In this document: positions 41,449-54,143 of the stretch, one piece after another | Layout: every line of letters starts with the position of its first letter | Position numbering within the stretch: the stretch's first letter is position 1 | NCBI GenBank assembly: GCA_038087875.1 | Contig: CM075992.1 | Span: 4,404,001 to 4,468,000, forward strand | Direction: 5' to 3' | Source of the DNA: Malacoraja senta | Taxonomy: Eukaryota | DNA length: 64,000 bases | Made by a program: the position numbers and the translations under genes | Notes under the pieces: generated by a model | What the model was told of the DNA's origin: nothing | The model's database searches: none | What the model saw: only the letters and a program-made list of their open reading frames with translations

Positions 41449-42796
41449 AATGATGGTACAGACATCATAGTGGCATTTAAGTGGCTTTTAGATACACACA
41501 TGGATATACAGGGAATGTTTAGTTTAGAGATACAGCATGGAAAAGGATTATTCGGTCTACTGCGTCCATGCCAAACATCAATCACCCGTTCACACTAGTT
41601 TTTTTTAGCTTAGTGTTCGAGATACAGTGTGGAAACAGGCGCTTCGGCTCACCAAGTCCACGCTAACTAATCATCACCCGTACACTAGTTCTATCCTACA
41701 CACTAGGGACAATTTACAGAAACGAATTAACCTACCAATCTGCACGTATTTGGAATACAGGAGGAACCCTGACCATCTTGAATAAACCCACATACTCACA
41801 GGGAGAACGTGCAAACTCCGTACAGACAGCACCCATGGTCAGGGTCGAACCCAGGTCTCTGGAGTTACCAGTTGTGGTACTGTGCCACCACATTGTCTTG
41901 TCGAAAGATTCCTGTTAACTTGGAGCAAGCATTGACCACTCAACCCGTCGAGTCCCATCTTTCTATAACCTTAACAACATTCTCATCTACACATGAATAT
42001 GCTACACATTTTCTCATCCACTCCCTTATTAGGGGCAAATTACAGAGGCCAATGCAACTATAAAACTGCACATCATTTACATTCTTAATATTCCTGTAAG
42101 AAATTGCTGGGTTCACTTTTGTTATAAATGCTTTCCCATTCTAAACTTCACTCTTTTTCAGAGAGAACCGGAGTCAGAGGAAACCCTGCTAGGCCACAGG
42201 TAGAGCTGCTGCCTCAGTGCTAGAGACCCATATTTTATCCTGCATTCCAAGGAATAAAATCCGAGCCTGCCTAATTTCTCCCCACTGCTCAGTTCCTCGA
42301 GTTCTAGCAACACCCACGCAAATCCTTTCTGAACTCTTCCCATTGACACTCTTCTCAGAGTTGGGGACCAAAATTGAACATGATACTCTTGGTAGTTCTT
42401 TTGCCTCCATTAGGTTCCAACCAAACTCTTACCATCTACTCATTATTTGTATTCCAGTAGGAGATTGCTCAGTTCACTTTCACAATAAAAGATTACCCGT
42501 TCTAAGCTTCTCTCTTTGCCACTTATTTTTCTTGCCATTTTCTCTCTCAATTTGATTTGTTTAGCTCAATTTACACTTGAAGAATACATTTGGCATTCAC
42601 TCACAATTTGATATTCTCCATCTCCTTTTCCTTTAAATGAAACCTTCTTTGTTTTCCTACCATTTCTTCACATGCCCAGCCTGTGCCTGTAACATCTCCT
42701 TAAAGATCTCCCACTTTTCCTGAGAATAGTCTTTCCTGTCATTCGTTGGTATCATTTTTCAGATAGGATTCCCCAATCTCAGAAGTTGTCCCTTAC

Positions 42797-42936
42797 CGTA
42801 ATTTCTTTATCATGATAATTGTAGAGGACTGCTCTAATTTCCACTTGTTCATGGCGTACGGTTGCGTATGGAAGTCGAAGGTCAATGAAAAAGTCTTTTA
42901 GAACTGTGACTTCATAGGGTTGTGCAATACACACAG
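42797..42936 (-). CDS. C3: C3 exon 20 (140 bp) (A)[46 protein letters not shown]
   Basis: cag| acceptor, |gtaagg donor; FFIDLRLPY...[12 protein letters not shown] nearly identical to human C3. Confidence 0.97.
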
Positions 42937-43889
42937 CTGCATGAAAGAAAGCTAAAATTCAGAAGCGGCACCGCAATTATTTTTTGAAATGACTAACCCT
43001 GCAAGGTAATATTTCTCAAAACGTTCAATTTACTCCCAAAGCTGAAAAAGAGGATAAAGTTCATTTCCTTCACAATTCATCCTGGTGTTTCGATAGAGTG
43101 AATCACATTCCCATGAAAAAGTATGGTTTTGAATTGACCAATATACCACGAAAAACCACAAATCATCTCCAATTTGAAGTGGAACCCTTATAAATTATGG
43201 TATCGTTACACTGAGCAAATTGCCATGCATTTTCTTAGAGATGGGGGATGTCATAGAGTCTTACAGCAGAGCACTTCCCAGCAAGTCCCAGCTTACACCC
43301 TCAAGAATCTTTATGATTGCAACGCAGACCTACTCCCAATTTTATCTACATTCTATCCATATTATTAGTACCAGCAACATGTTCCTCTCACTATCATTTC
43401 CTCTCTGGCTTCTATCTCAATCAAAACATTCTATATCAACCCTTGCTTCCTATTTTTTCTGCACACGTAAACCTTCTATGACCTTGTGTCATTTCACTCT
43501 CCCTTATATTTCTGGTGGTTATGATCAAAGTTATGAAAGCACCCATGATGCAAGTTCCTTGTAGTGATGAATCAGCTGCCAATAGCAACTGTTTAATTAT
43601 CGCTGCTTTCATATTTAAATACTACACTTTGACAAATAAATGGATGGACCAACTGACAAGGCATTATTTTCTTCCTGTGAACTACAGCATTGATATGTAG
43701 CAAGTGCAAGAAGATCCGAAATTAAAAGAAAATGCCTGTCTCCATTTGCATCAGATACCAGCACAATTATTCATCCATTCCTTTTATCCTTGAAACATTA
43801 TCACTGTGTCACTCTACTTCTATTTTTGTCCCTTTTCTTTTATTTTCTAAATCGCTGTTTTGTTTTATCTTTAAGTTTAGTTTAGTTTC

Positions 43890-44606
43890 CAAGGTTCAAA
43901 GGTCAGTTCATTGTCATATGTATCAAGGTACAGTGAAACTCATATTACCATACAGCCATACTAAAAAAAAGCAACAAGACACACAACTACTTAAAAGTTA
44001 ACATAAACATCCACCACAGTGGATTCCCCACATTCCTCACTGTGATGGGAGGCAATAAAGTCCAATCTTCTTCCTGTTTATTCTCCCGCGATCGGGGCAG
44101 TCGAACCATCCGCAGTTGGGGCGATCGAAGCTCCCGCAGCTGGTGATCGAACCTCCCGTGTCGGGGCGATTAAAGCTCCCATGATCGGGGCGATCGAAGC
44201 TCACGCGTTGGGGCAGTCGAAGCTTCCGTGATCAGGGCGATCAAAGCTCCAAAGTTGGGACGATTGAAGCTCCTGCGGTTTGGAGCTCCCGAAGTCGGTC
44301 ACTAACCAGAGACCGCGAGCTCCACAATGTTAAAGTCCATAGGCTCCTGCAGTTGGAGCTCCCGAAGTCAATCTCCAGCAGAGGCTGCCAGCTCCTCAAT
44401 GTTACGTTGCAGTGCGGACGGAGATACAATACGGAAAAAAATTCCATATCTGTCGAGGTATGAGATGAAAAAAAATTCCGCCCCCCCCCACATAAAACAA
44501 GCTAAAGAACACTAAAACATACATTTAACATACTAAAAAAAGAACAAAGAAGGAAGGGACAGACAGACTGTTGGCGAGGCAGCTATTGCTGGTGCCACCT
44601 GGTGGT
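43890..44606 (-). mobile_element. Non-coding retro-element with internal ~21-bp tandem array, inserted in a V-SINE tail
   Basis: TSD tt(t/a)agtttagtttc (43876-43889 / 44607-44620); (tcggggcgatcgaagctccc)-like units at about 44090-44295; Rex1-like 3' tail. Confidence 0.65.
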
Positions 44607-44820
44607 TTAAGTTTAGTTTCGCGAAACAGTGCAGAAACAAGACCTTTGGCCCACCGAGTCCGCAGCAACCAGTGATTCCCACACATTAATGCTATCCTAC
44701 CCATACTTGGGACAACTTACAATTATACCAAGTCAATTAACCCATAAACCTGTACATCTTTGGAGTGGGGAGGAAACCAGAAATTCCGGAAAAAACCCAC
44801 TCATGGCAAAAGGAGAATGT

Positions 44821-45035
44821 CCAACATGCATCGCTGGGGGCTGCGTTCATCAGCAGCCTGCATGTGTGGAGCACACCAGTAAGCAGCGCAGCAGCACGTC
44901 ATTTTCGACTGTGCTGTCCTCCGCGCCCCTGGTGGATTGGTAGACCTCACGGCCCTCGACAACAGCACAGCGAACTGGCTACAGCGCCTGGAGGACGTTA
45001 CGTAACCTCTGCTGCCTCAAACGCAAGAAGAAGAC
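44821..45035 (+). mobile_element. Vingi (I-group) LINE 3' end inserted into a V-SINE
   Basis: Translates NMHRWGLRSSAACMCGAHQ*AAQQHVIFDC...LDNSTANWL* (CxC..H..C knuckle); (GAA)n tail; ggagaatgt TSD. Confidence 0.75.
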
Positions 45036-45527
45036 AGGGAGAATGTACAAACACTGTACAGACAATCACCTGTAGTCAAGATCGAACCTAGGTCTCTGGC
45101 ACCGTAAGGCAGCAACTCTACTGCTGCGCCACCATGCCACCCTTAACTTTTCCTACTTCTGATGACAGATCGCCAGAACTACTTTTCTATTATTTATATT
45201 GCCTGGTCGAATAAGTATTTCAACCTCTGGAATATTTTATTTTTGCATATATTGAGCCTACATCTTATAAACCCTTTGCCCTGCGCTCTCGGATGGCACT
45301 GTAGATTTTCATAATTGATCATCAAATTTTCACACTCTCAATAAAATAAATTCGCAGAGACGATTTCCTGCTGTGTTTAGTACTTTGGTTGTTCCATTTC
45401 CAAGTTCACAATTTCCAGTTATGGAAGGAAAGAAAAAGGGAAATTTTGATCAAATTCGCATCTATTGGTGCTCCTTAAGATATGTAGCTATTGATTTCAA
45501 CATTTATATGACGCATTAAAATCTTGC

Positions 45528-45613
45528 CTTTTTCTGGAGACACACTGACAGCTTGTATTTCCCAGGTAGTTATCGAATCTTTAAGATACCGCGTTATCCG
45601 CATTGATGCTTGG
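45528..45613 (-). CDS. C3: C3 exon 19 (86 bp) QASMRITRYLKDSITTWEIQAVSVSPEK, GC donor
   Basis: cag| acceptor; LKDSITTWEI motif; donor AAG|GCAAGA; size equals human exon 19. Confidence 0.94.
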
Positions 45614-48600
45614 CTGTTTAAGAACAAAAAAAAGACTATTAAACTCATTTTTCACATGCAGTCAGACTGTGGCTCTTTGCTGTGAACAACACATTTGTTG
45701 TGAAAAGTTCAAATGAGAATTTACCAAGATTCATATTTGAACATATACCAAATAATCTAATTTTTCTGCAAATCACCACATATCTCTTTTCTATTTATTC
45801 ATGAACTCATAGAACTATACAGCATGAAAACAAGACTTTCAGACCAACTCGTTCATACCAATCAAGTTGCTAAACCAAGCTAATCTTACTTGCCTGTGCC
45901 TAATGTATACCCTCCAAGCCTTTCCTGTTGTATGCATGCCCGTTTCTTTTAACTATCATAATTGTGCCCCACAACTAGATCTACTGTTGCCTAAGTAACC
46001 AGGAACCCAAAGACTACAGGTGTGGTACAGATAATTCTTGAAAGGTTGGCTAGTGATTTATTTTTAAGTGAAGAGTGTTATTCAGTTGTTATTTCCTCTG
46101 CACTGCATTATTGTATGCACCTCGCACATGATGTACAACTGAACTCCAACATGCAAATAGGCCAAAATCTTGCAACAGAAGCCGCACAGGGAGCAGCAAG
46201 GCATTGTGCAAACAGGTAATGGAGTGAATTGTGTGAAGAAATCCTAGTTGCAAGCAACCGTGGAAATCTTTGTGCCATGTATAATAGCATAAATCGAGCT
46301 ATAGATGTAGCATAGTGTGGAGTCATGCATTTTGGAATTAGAAATAACAATGTCAACTATTTTCTAAATGGGGAGAGGATTCAGAAATCGGAGATGCAAA
46401 GGGACTTGGGAGTACTGTGCAGGATTCCCAAAAAGTACATTTGCAAGTTGAATTAGTAGTAAGGAAAGCAATTCCAATGTTAGCATTTATTTCAAGAATA
46501 CTAGAATATAAAAACAGGGATGTATTGCTGAGGCTTTATATGGCACTTGTCAGACCACATTTGGAGTATTGTGAGGAGTTTTGGGCCCCATTTCTGAGGA
46601 AGGATGCATTGGCTTTGGAGAGGGTCAGAGGAGATTTATGAGAAAGATCCCGGGGATAATTGGTTAGCATATGATCAGCGTTTGATTGCACTGCGCCTGT
46701 ATGCACCGGAGTTTAGAAGGATGAGGGGAGACCTAATTAAAACTTACCTAATAGTGAAAGGCCTGAATAGAATTAATTTGGAGAGGATGTGTCCACTGGT
46801 GGGAGAGTCTAAGACCAGAGGGCATAGCCTCAGAATAAAATGCCTTACCTTTAGAAAAGAGACAAGGAGGCATTTCTTTAGTCAGAGGGTGATGAATCTG
46901 TGGAATTCATTGCCACAAACGGCTGTGGAGGCCAAGTCAGCGGTTATTTTTAAAGTGGAAATTGACTAATTTTTGATTAGTATGGGTGTTGAGCCTTATG
47001 GGTAAAAGACGGGAGAATGGGGTTATAAGCGAAAAATAGATCAGCCATGATTGAATGGTGGAGTAGACTCAATGAGCCGAATGGCCTAATTCAGCACCTA
47101 TGAAATTTTTCTGAACTATTCCTCTCATGATCTTGTACACCTCTATAAGATCATCCCTCATTCTCCTGCCCTCCAAGGAATTAAATCCTAGCCTACTTAA
47201 CCTCTCAACAGCTCAGGCCCTTGAATCCTGGCAACAGCCTCATAAATATTCTCTGCACACTTTCCAGCTTCACTACATATTTCCTACAACATAAGGTGAC
47301 CAAAACTGAACACAATACTGTAAATGTGACCTCACCAATGTCTTATACAACTGTAACATGACCTCCCAACTTCTATACTCAGTAGATGGACACCATGAGC
47401 TGGAGTAACTCAGTGGGTCAGAAAGTATCTCTGGAGACAAGGAATAGGTGACGTTTCGGGTCGTGACCCTTCTTCAGACTGAGAGTCGGGGAAAGGGAAA
47501 CAAGAGATATACGGTAGATGGTGATACAGTGAGATATACAACAAATGAATGAAAGATATGCAAAAAGTAACAATAATAAAGGAAACTGGCCATTGTTATC
47601 TGTGCTAGGTGAAAACAAGTTACAGACAATGAAACTCACCAGGACGACAGTGAAACTAGAACAGCTAGGGTGGGGAAGGGACAGAGAGAGGGGCAGCAAG
47701 AGTTACTTGAAGTTGGAGAAATCAATATTAATACTGCTGGGTTGTAAGCTGCGCATGCGAAATATGAGGTGCCGTTCCTCCAATTTTCATTTTTTCTCAC
47801 TGACAATTGAGGCGGCCCAGGACAGGAAGGTCAATGTGGGAATGGGAAGGGGAGTTAAAGTGCTTGATAACCAGAAGATCATGTAGGCTCATGCGGACTG
47901 ATGCGAAGGTGTTCAGTGAAACAATCATCCAGTCTACGATTTGTCTCACCGATGTATAAGAGCATCTTTTCTCTGATTGATGAAGGCTAATGTGCCGAAA
48001 GCTTTCTTGGCCACCATATCTACCTGTGTCGCCACTTCAAGGAACTATGTACCTGCACTCCTGGATCCCTCTGCTCTACAACACTCCCCAGAGCCCTGCC
48101 ATTCATTGTGTTGGTCCTATCCTTGTTAGACTTCCCAAAAAAGAACACCTCATATTTCTCTGTATAAAATTCCATCAACCATTTCTCGGCCCACCTGTCC
48201 AATCGATCAATATCCTGCTGCAATTTTTGACAACTATCTGCACTCTCTACCATACCACCCACTTTAGTGTCATCTGCAAACTTGCTGATCATGCCTTGTA
48301 CACTCATGCAAATCATTGATATAGATGATAAACCGTCTTCCTATGAAATAAGCATGGAACAATCCAATGGGACGGCGCTGCATCAGACAGTTCCCCATGA
48401 GAAGTGCAGTGGAGCAAGGCTGCATCCTAGCCCCCATCCATTCGGCATCTTTCTCTCTGCCCTCCTGACTTTGTCTTCCTGACAGACACGGAAGAAGTGT
48501 TTCTTCATACCAGAACTCTCTTGAATCTTGAAGCGAGGGGAAGCTCTTCAATCTAGCAACGTTAAAAGCTAAGATGAAGGTAGGAATTATGCCTATAAGG

Positions 48601-49184
48601 GAACTCCTGCATGCTGATGATGCCGCACTCATTGCCCCAAAGAAAGAAAGACTTCAGGAGCTGATGGACAGATTGTATCAGATTTGCGACGAATACTGAC
48701 TAACAATCATTGTTAAGAAGACTGTTGTCATGAGTTAGGGAATTACTCCTCCATGAAATCACCCTGAATACCACTCTGCAGGAAATTGTCAAGATATTCA
48801 CCTGACTAGGATATACGGTGACTGACACCCTCTCTCTGGATGTGGAAATCAACTCACATATGGGAAAGGAAGCAACCACCTTCAGGAGGCTAACCAAAGG
48901 GGCATGGAAGAACAGGAAACTCACAATCACGACAAAGATAACTGTTTACAAACCATGTGTTTTGAGCATTTTACTAAATAGCAGTGAAACGTGGACGACT
49001 TACCCAAATCAAGAACGGAAATGGAATACTTTTCATTTCCTCTGTCGTTGTTGCATTCTGGGAGTTTCTTGACATGATAAAATCACCAATGAATCTGTCC
49101 TCTCCCTGACAAACATGCCTGGCATCCTGATGAACTAAATGTTTTCTATGCTTGCTTCGAGCAGGCCAACCATGCGGTGACACC

Positions 49185-50730
49185 TGGCCCCTCAGACTCC
49201 AGTGTGACTCTCCCCAGGGTGACTGTAGCAGAGGTTAGATTGGCCTTCCTGAGGGTAAATCCACGAAAAGCAACTGGTCCAGACGGAGTTTCTAGTGGGT
49301 GTATTCGCGGACATCTTTAATGTCTCCCTACTCAGTTCTGAAGTGCCTACCTACTTCAAGAAGACCACCATCATCCCAGTGGCCAAAGAAAAGCAAGACC
49401 TTTGCCTAAACGATTGCCATCCAGTGGCCTTGACATCCACCATCATAAACTGTTTTGAGAGGCTAGTTATGGAATGGATTAAATCTAGTCTACTCATCAG
49501 CCTTGACCCACTGTAGTTCGCCTACCGCCACAACAGGTCCACGGACGATGCCATCGCCCCAGCCCTACACTCATCCCCAGAACACCCAGATAAGAGAGAC
49601 ACCTATGGCAAACTCCTATTGATAGACTACAGCTTTGCCTTTAATACCATTATACTATCCAAGCTTATCACCAATCTTGTGGGACAGTGTCAGCACTCAT
49701 CTCGGCAACTGGATCCTTGACCTCCTGACCAACAGACCCCAATCAGTGAGGATAGGGGACAAGTCATCCTCTATGATAATCCTCAACAAAGAGGCTCTGC
49801 AAGGATGTGTTCTCAGCACCCTTCTTTACTCCTTATACACCCACGACTGTGGAGCCATGTACAAATCTAATTCAATTTTCAAATTCGCAGAGGACACCAA
49901 CATTGTGAGCCGGATATCAAATAATGATGAGATGGAGTATCGAAGGAGATCGAGAACCTTGTGACCTGGTGTCGAGACAACAGCCTTTCCCTCAGTGTCA
50001 GCAAGACAAAGGAGATAGTGATCAACTTCAGGAAGTGAAGCGGTACACATACTCCGGTTTGCATTGACGGTGCTGAAGTAGAGATGGTTGAAAACTTCAA
50101 ATTCCTAGGAGTCAATATCACCAACAACTTCTCCTGGACCTCCCTTAGAAGGCATATTCCCTACAACTCTCAGTAACTTCTACAGATGCACCATAGAAAG
50201 CATTTTATTGGGATGCATCACAGCTTGGTTTGGGAACAGCTAAATCCGAGACCGCTAGAAATTGCAGCGAATTGTGGACTCAATTGTAGACCATCACACA
50301 AACCAACCTTCCTTCTATTGACTCCATTTATACCTCACGCTGCCCCGGCAAGGCCAGCAGCATAATCAAGGATGAGTCGCACCCTGGCCACTCCCTCTTC
50401 TCCCATTAGGTAAAAGGTATAGAAAACACACACCTCCAGATTCATGGACAGTTTCTTCCCAGCTGTTTTCTTCCCAGCTGGCAACGGAATCATCCTACCA
50501 CAACCAGAGAGCAGTACTAACCTACTATGTACCTGCTTGCTGACCCTTACACTATCCTAGATCGGACTTTGCTGGCTTTACCTTGCACTAAACATTATTC
50601 CCTTTTCATGTATCAATACACTGTAAATGGCTCGATTGAAATCATGTATTGTCTTTCTGCTGACTAGGTAGCACGCAACAAAAGCCTTTCACTGTACCTC
50701 GGTATATGTGACAATAAACTAAACTAAACT
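49185..50730 (+). mobile_element. Rex1/Babar LINE, degenerate
   Basis: VFADIFNVSL...FKKTTIIPV, QGCVLSTLLYSLYTHDC, KFAED; aataaa(ctaaa)n tail; further Rex1 fragments at about 15790-16060 and 61560-62160. Confidence 0.85.
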
Positions 50731-51715
50731 GCGATCCTCAAGCAGAAGCTCCTCTGCTGGCTTGGACATATACACAGGATGGAAAATGGACGCATCTCAA
50801 AAGATGTTCTATATGGGCAGGTCACCAATGCCCAGTGACAAAGATGACCAATGCCCAGTGACCAAGATGACCAATGCCCAGTGACCTAGATGAAATCCCA
50901 AGCTCCGCTCTAAGGATGTGATATAAAGAGATATAAAAATGTTAACGTTAGCACTGAAGTGGCTCTAAATGGGGGAGGTGGAGAAAGAACATCTAGAAAA
51001 GTAAGCAGCACAACAGCCACAGAATGCTTCCGATGATACAAAAATGGGTGGTTTTGCAGATAGTGAAGATGGTCATGAAAAAATGGCAGGTGGGCTGAGG
51101 AATGGTTGATGGAATTTAATACAGAAATGTGAGGCATAGCATTTTGCAAGCACTAACATGGGCAGAAACTACACAGTGAACAGTCGAGCTCCGGGAAGTG
51201 TTGTAGAACAGAGGGATCTAATAGTACAGATTCCTTGCAGGCGTAGTTGCAGGTAGATAGGGTGGTGAAAAAAGCTTTTGGCATATTCGTCTTTATCAGT
51301 CAAGCTGGGAGGTCATGTTGCAGTTATATAAAACTTTGGTGAGGCCACATTTTGGGTATTGTGTTCAGTTCTGGGCACCATGTTATAGGAGAGATGTGGT
51401 CAAGCTGGGAAGGGTACAGAGAAGATTTATGAGGTTGTTGCCAGGACTATAGTGAGCTATAGGGTGGGCTTGAGTAGGCTGGGACTATTCCTTGGAGCAC
51501 AGGAGGATGAGGGGTGATCTTATAGAGGTGTATAAAATCATGAGAGGAATAGATTGCGTAGATACACAGAGTCCCTTGCCCAGAGTCGGTGAATCGAGGG
51601 CCAGAGGACATAGGTTTAAGGCAAAGTAGAAAAGATTAAATAGGAATCCGAGGGGTAACTTTTTCACACAAAGAGTGGTGGGTGTATGAAACGAGCTGCC
51701 AGAGAACATAGTTGA

Positions 51716-51803
51716 AGAAGGGTTTCGGCCCGAAACGTTGCCTATTTCCTTCGCTCCATAGATGCTGCTGCACCCGCTGAGTTTCTCGAGCATCTTTGTG
51801 TAC
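51716..51803 (+). mobile_element. 88-bp solo Penelope pLTR / hammerhead-motif insertion with 20-bp TSD
   Basis: TSD ctgccagagaacatagttga at 51696-51715 and 51804-51823; insert matches the reverse complement of about 2192-2279 with 3 mismatches. Confidence 0.9.
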
Positions 51804-53033
51804 CTGCCAGAGAACATAGTTGAGGGAGGGGCTATTCAACGTTTAAGAAATAATTAGACAGGTACATGGATAGGACACGGTTTGTGGGATATGGGCCAAA
51901 GGCAGCCAGGTGGGACATGTGTAGCTGGGACATGTGACCAGTGTGAGCAAGTTGGGCCAAAGGGCCTGTTTCCACGATGTATGAATCTATGACACAAATG
52001 ATCAACGGCAACAGCAACACACTCCCCAATCTAATGTCCAGAGACAAACTTCACCTGTGAAAGCTATGGGAGTGTCTGCCTGTCAAGGATTGGCCTTGTC
52101 AGCCACAGCAGAAAATGCAACCACGGATGAAATATTCCCCTCTCCAAACAGGACATCAAAACCGCACCATCGTCTCTCTCATATGAACGGATGCTAACTC
52201 ACTGGCTGGCAATTTATTTTTATGTGAAAAAGTGTTATTCAGTGTTTATTCCCTCTGCACTGCATCATTGTATGCTAACATCAGTTCACTTGCAATGCCG
52301 AATTTGTGTCTATCATTTGAAATAATTTCCTGCTCAATAGGTTTTCATAATTCGCATTCCATAGCCTTGCATCCACCGCTCAGTCCAGTGCTAGGTTAAA
52401 TGTGTCCTAGGGAGGAGCATTCCACCTTCACCATCAGAAATCATTGGGCATCTTGCTCCAGACATTTATGTGTAAACAGGTACATTTGCCCTTATAGTAC
52501 TATTATAAGATGACAAAGCTTTTCAACGGCTTCTCAAAGTGATTTCCTCAATCAATGTCAGATTGCTGTTTTTTTACACAGGGAACAACAGAGGCTCATG
52601 TACAAAACAATGCACAATGTGCTGGAGTAACTGAGCAGGTTAGGCAACATCTCTGGCGAACATACTGTAGATATGTGACATTTCAGATTGTTATCCTTCT
52701 TTAGACACTTCTTCCCAACCCAAAATGTCACCCATCTATGTTCTCCAGAGATGCTGCCTGACCCGTTGAGTTACTCTAGCACTCTCTCTCTTTGTTGTCT
52801 CGCATCAGTGCATGTTGGACTTTGCAAGCGACAATATAGCTCCTGTTTTTTTTCTAAATTACAAATTTAATTCTTTGAACAAAATATCAGTCAAATGATA
52901 ATATTTTAAAAATCTTCATTGCATGTAAATGTTGCAGCACCCTGCGTGAATTTTGCACCTAAAAAAAATTAATTGAATCGTGTCGTACAGACAACAACGA
53001 TCATTGAATTCTGTAAGATTTCACGATAGGTAC

Positions 53034-53142
53034 CCATTACTGTCCAGCATGGTTGGAAGATTTTCCGAATCCCAGAGCCAGCTTTCCTCGAACTGAGACC
53101 TAACTGTTATATCCTCATAAGGAGTGTATTCGTCATCAGTAC
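53034..53142 (-). CDS. C3: C3 exon 18 (109 bp) (S)TDDEYTPYEDITVRSQFEESWLWDSENLPTMLDSN(G)
   Basis: tag| acceptor, |gtacct donor; RSxFxESWLW motif; size equals human exon 18. Confidence 0.95.
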
Positions 53143-53460
53143 CTAAAGGAAAAGAGTAAATTATGCATTTAGATATTATTTACCATAAGAGATAAAGAAT
53201 TAAACACTGAAAGCAATGAACTGACATTTGCTGCTCAGACTGGGAACACAATGCATCAAAATACACAATTGCCAACCAAGTTCCTCTTCAGTTTCCAGGT
53301 TCATAAGCAATGTCTATGTTTCCGTAGTAGGGTGGAATGTAACATGTGCATTTTCTTAATAGATCAGCAAAAACAAAATTATGAATTTCTGGCACTTCAG
53401 CTTACCAGTCAAACACATAATTGTGTTTTCAGAATAAATTATACCCTTGCATCCCACAAC

Positions 53461-54143
53461 TTCAGATTCAGATTCAGATTCAGATTCAACTTTATTGTCA
53501 TTGTGCAGTGTACAGTACAGAGACAACGAAATGCAGTTAGCATCTCCCTAGAAGAGCGACATAAATATGAGCAGTAAATAAATAAATCTAATAAATCCTG
53601 GTGGAAGGAGTGTCCGGGGGGGGGGGGGGGTGTGATTGGCAGTCACCGAGGTACAGTGTTGAGTAGTGTAACCGCCGCAGGGAAGAAGCTGTTCCTGGAC
53701 CTGCTGGTCCGGCAACAGAGAGACCTGTAGCGCCTCCCGGATGGTAGGAGGGTAAACAGTCTGTGGTTGGGGTGAGAGCAGTCCTTGGCGATGCTGAGCG
53801 CCCTTCGCAGACAACGCTTGCTTTGGACAGACTCAATGGTGGGGAGTGAGGAACCGGTGATGCGTTGGGCAATTTTCACCACCCTCTGCAGTGCTTTCCG
53901 GTCGGAGACAGAGCAGTTGCCATACCATACTGTGATGCAGTTGGTAAGGATGCTCTCGATGGTGCAGCGGTAGAAGTTCACCAGAATCCGAGGAGACAGA
54001 TGGACCTTCTTTAGTCTCCTCAGGAAGAAGATACGCTGGTGAGCCTTCTTGACCAGAGTTGAGGTATTGTTGGTCCAAGAGAGGTCATCGGAGATGTTGA
54101 CCCCCAGGAACCTGAAGCTGGAAACACGTTCCACCTCCGTCCC
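53461..54143 (-). mobile_element. Rex1-type LINE 3' end, young
   Basis: ORF VERVSSFRFLGVNISDDLSW...KKAHQRIFFLRRLKK...LPSGRRYRS...SFFPAAV; (TCTGAA)n tail. Confidence 0.9.

Larger units (their letters stand above)
46119..52202 (+). mobile_element. Old RTE-clade LINE fragmented by nested CR1, PLE and Rex1 insertions
   Basis: Pieces: AARHCANR.W..LCEEI (about 46180-46290), GCILAP...GKLFNL...LHADDAAL and SETWT (48410-49135), W/GH..RM..GRI.KD.LYG (about 50740-50830), FTC...CLSRIGLVSHSRKC (about 52050-52120); ~72-bp flanking direct repeat. Confidence 0.75.

Noticed and set aside
44090..44295. CRISPR-like repeat array
   Set aside because: Contiguous degenerate ~21-bp tandem units without unique spacers, no cas genes, eukaryotic context
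50820..50895. 3x ~22-bp tandem repeat
   Set aside because: Local slippage duplication within the dead RTE element
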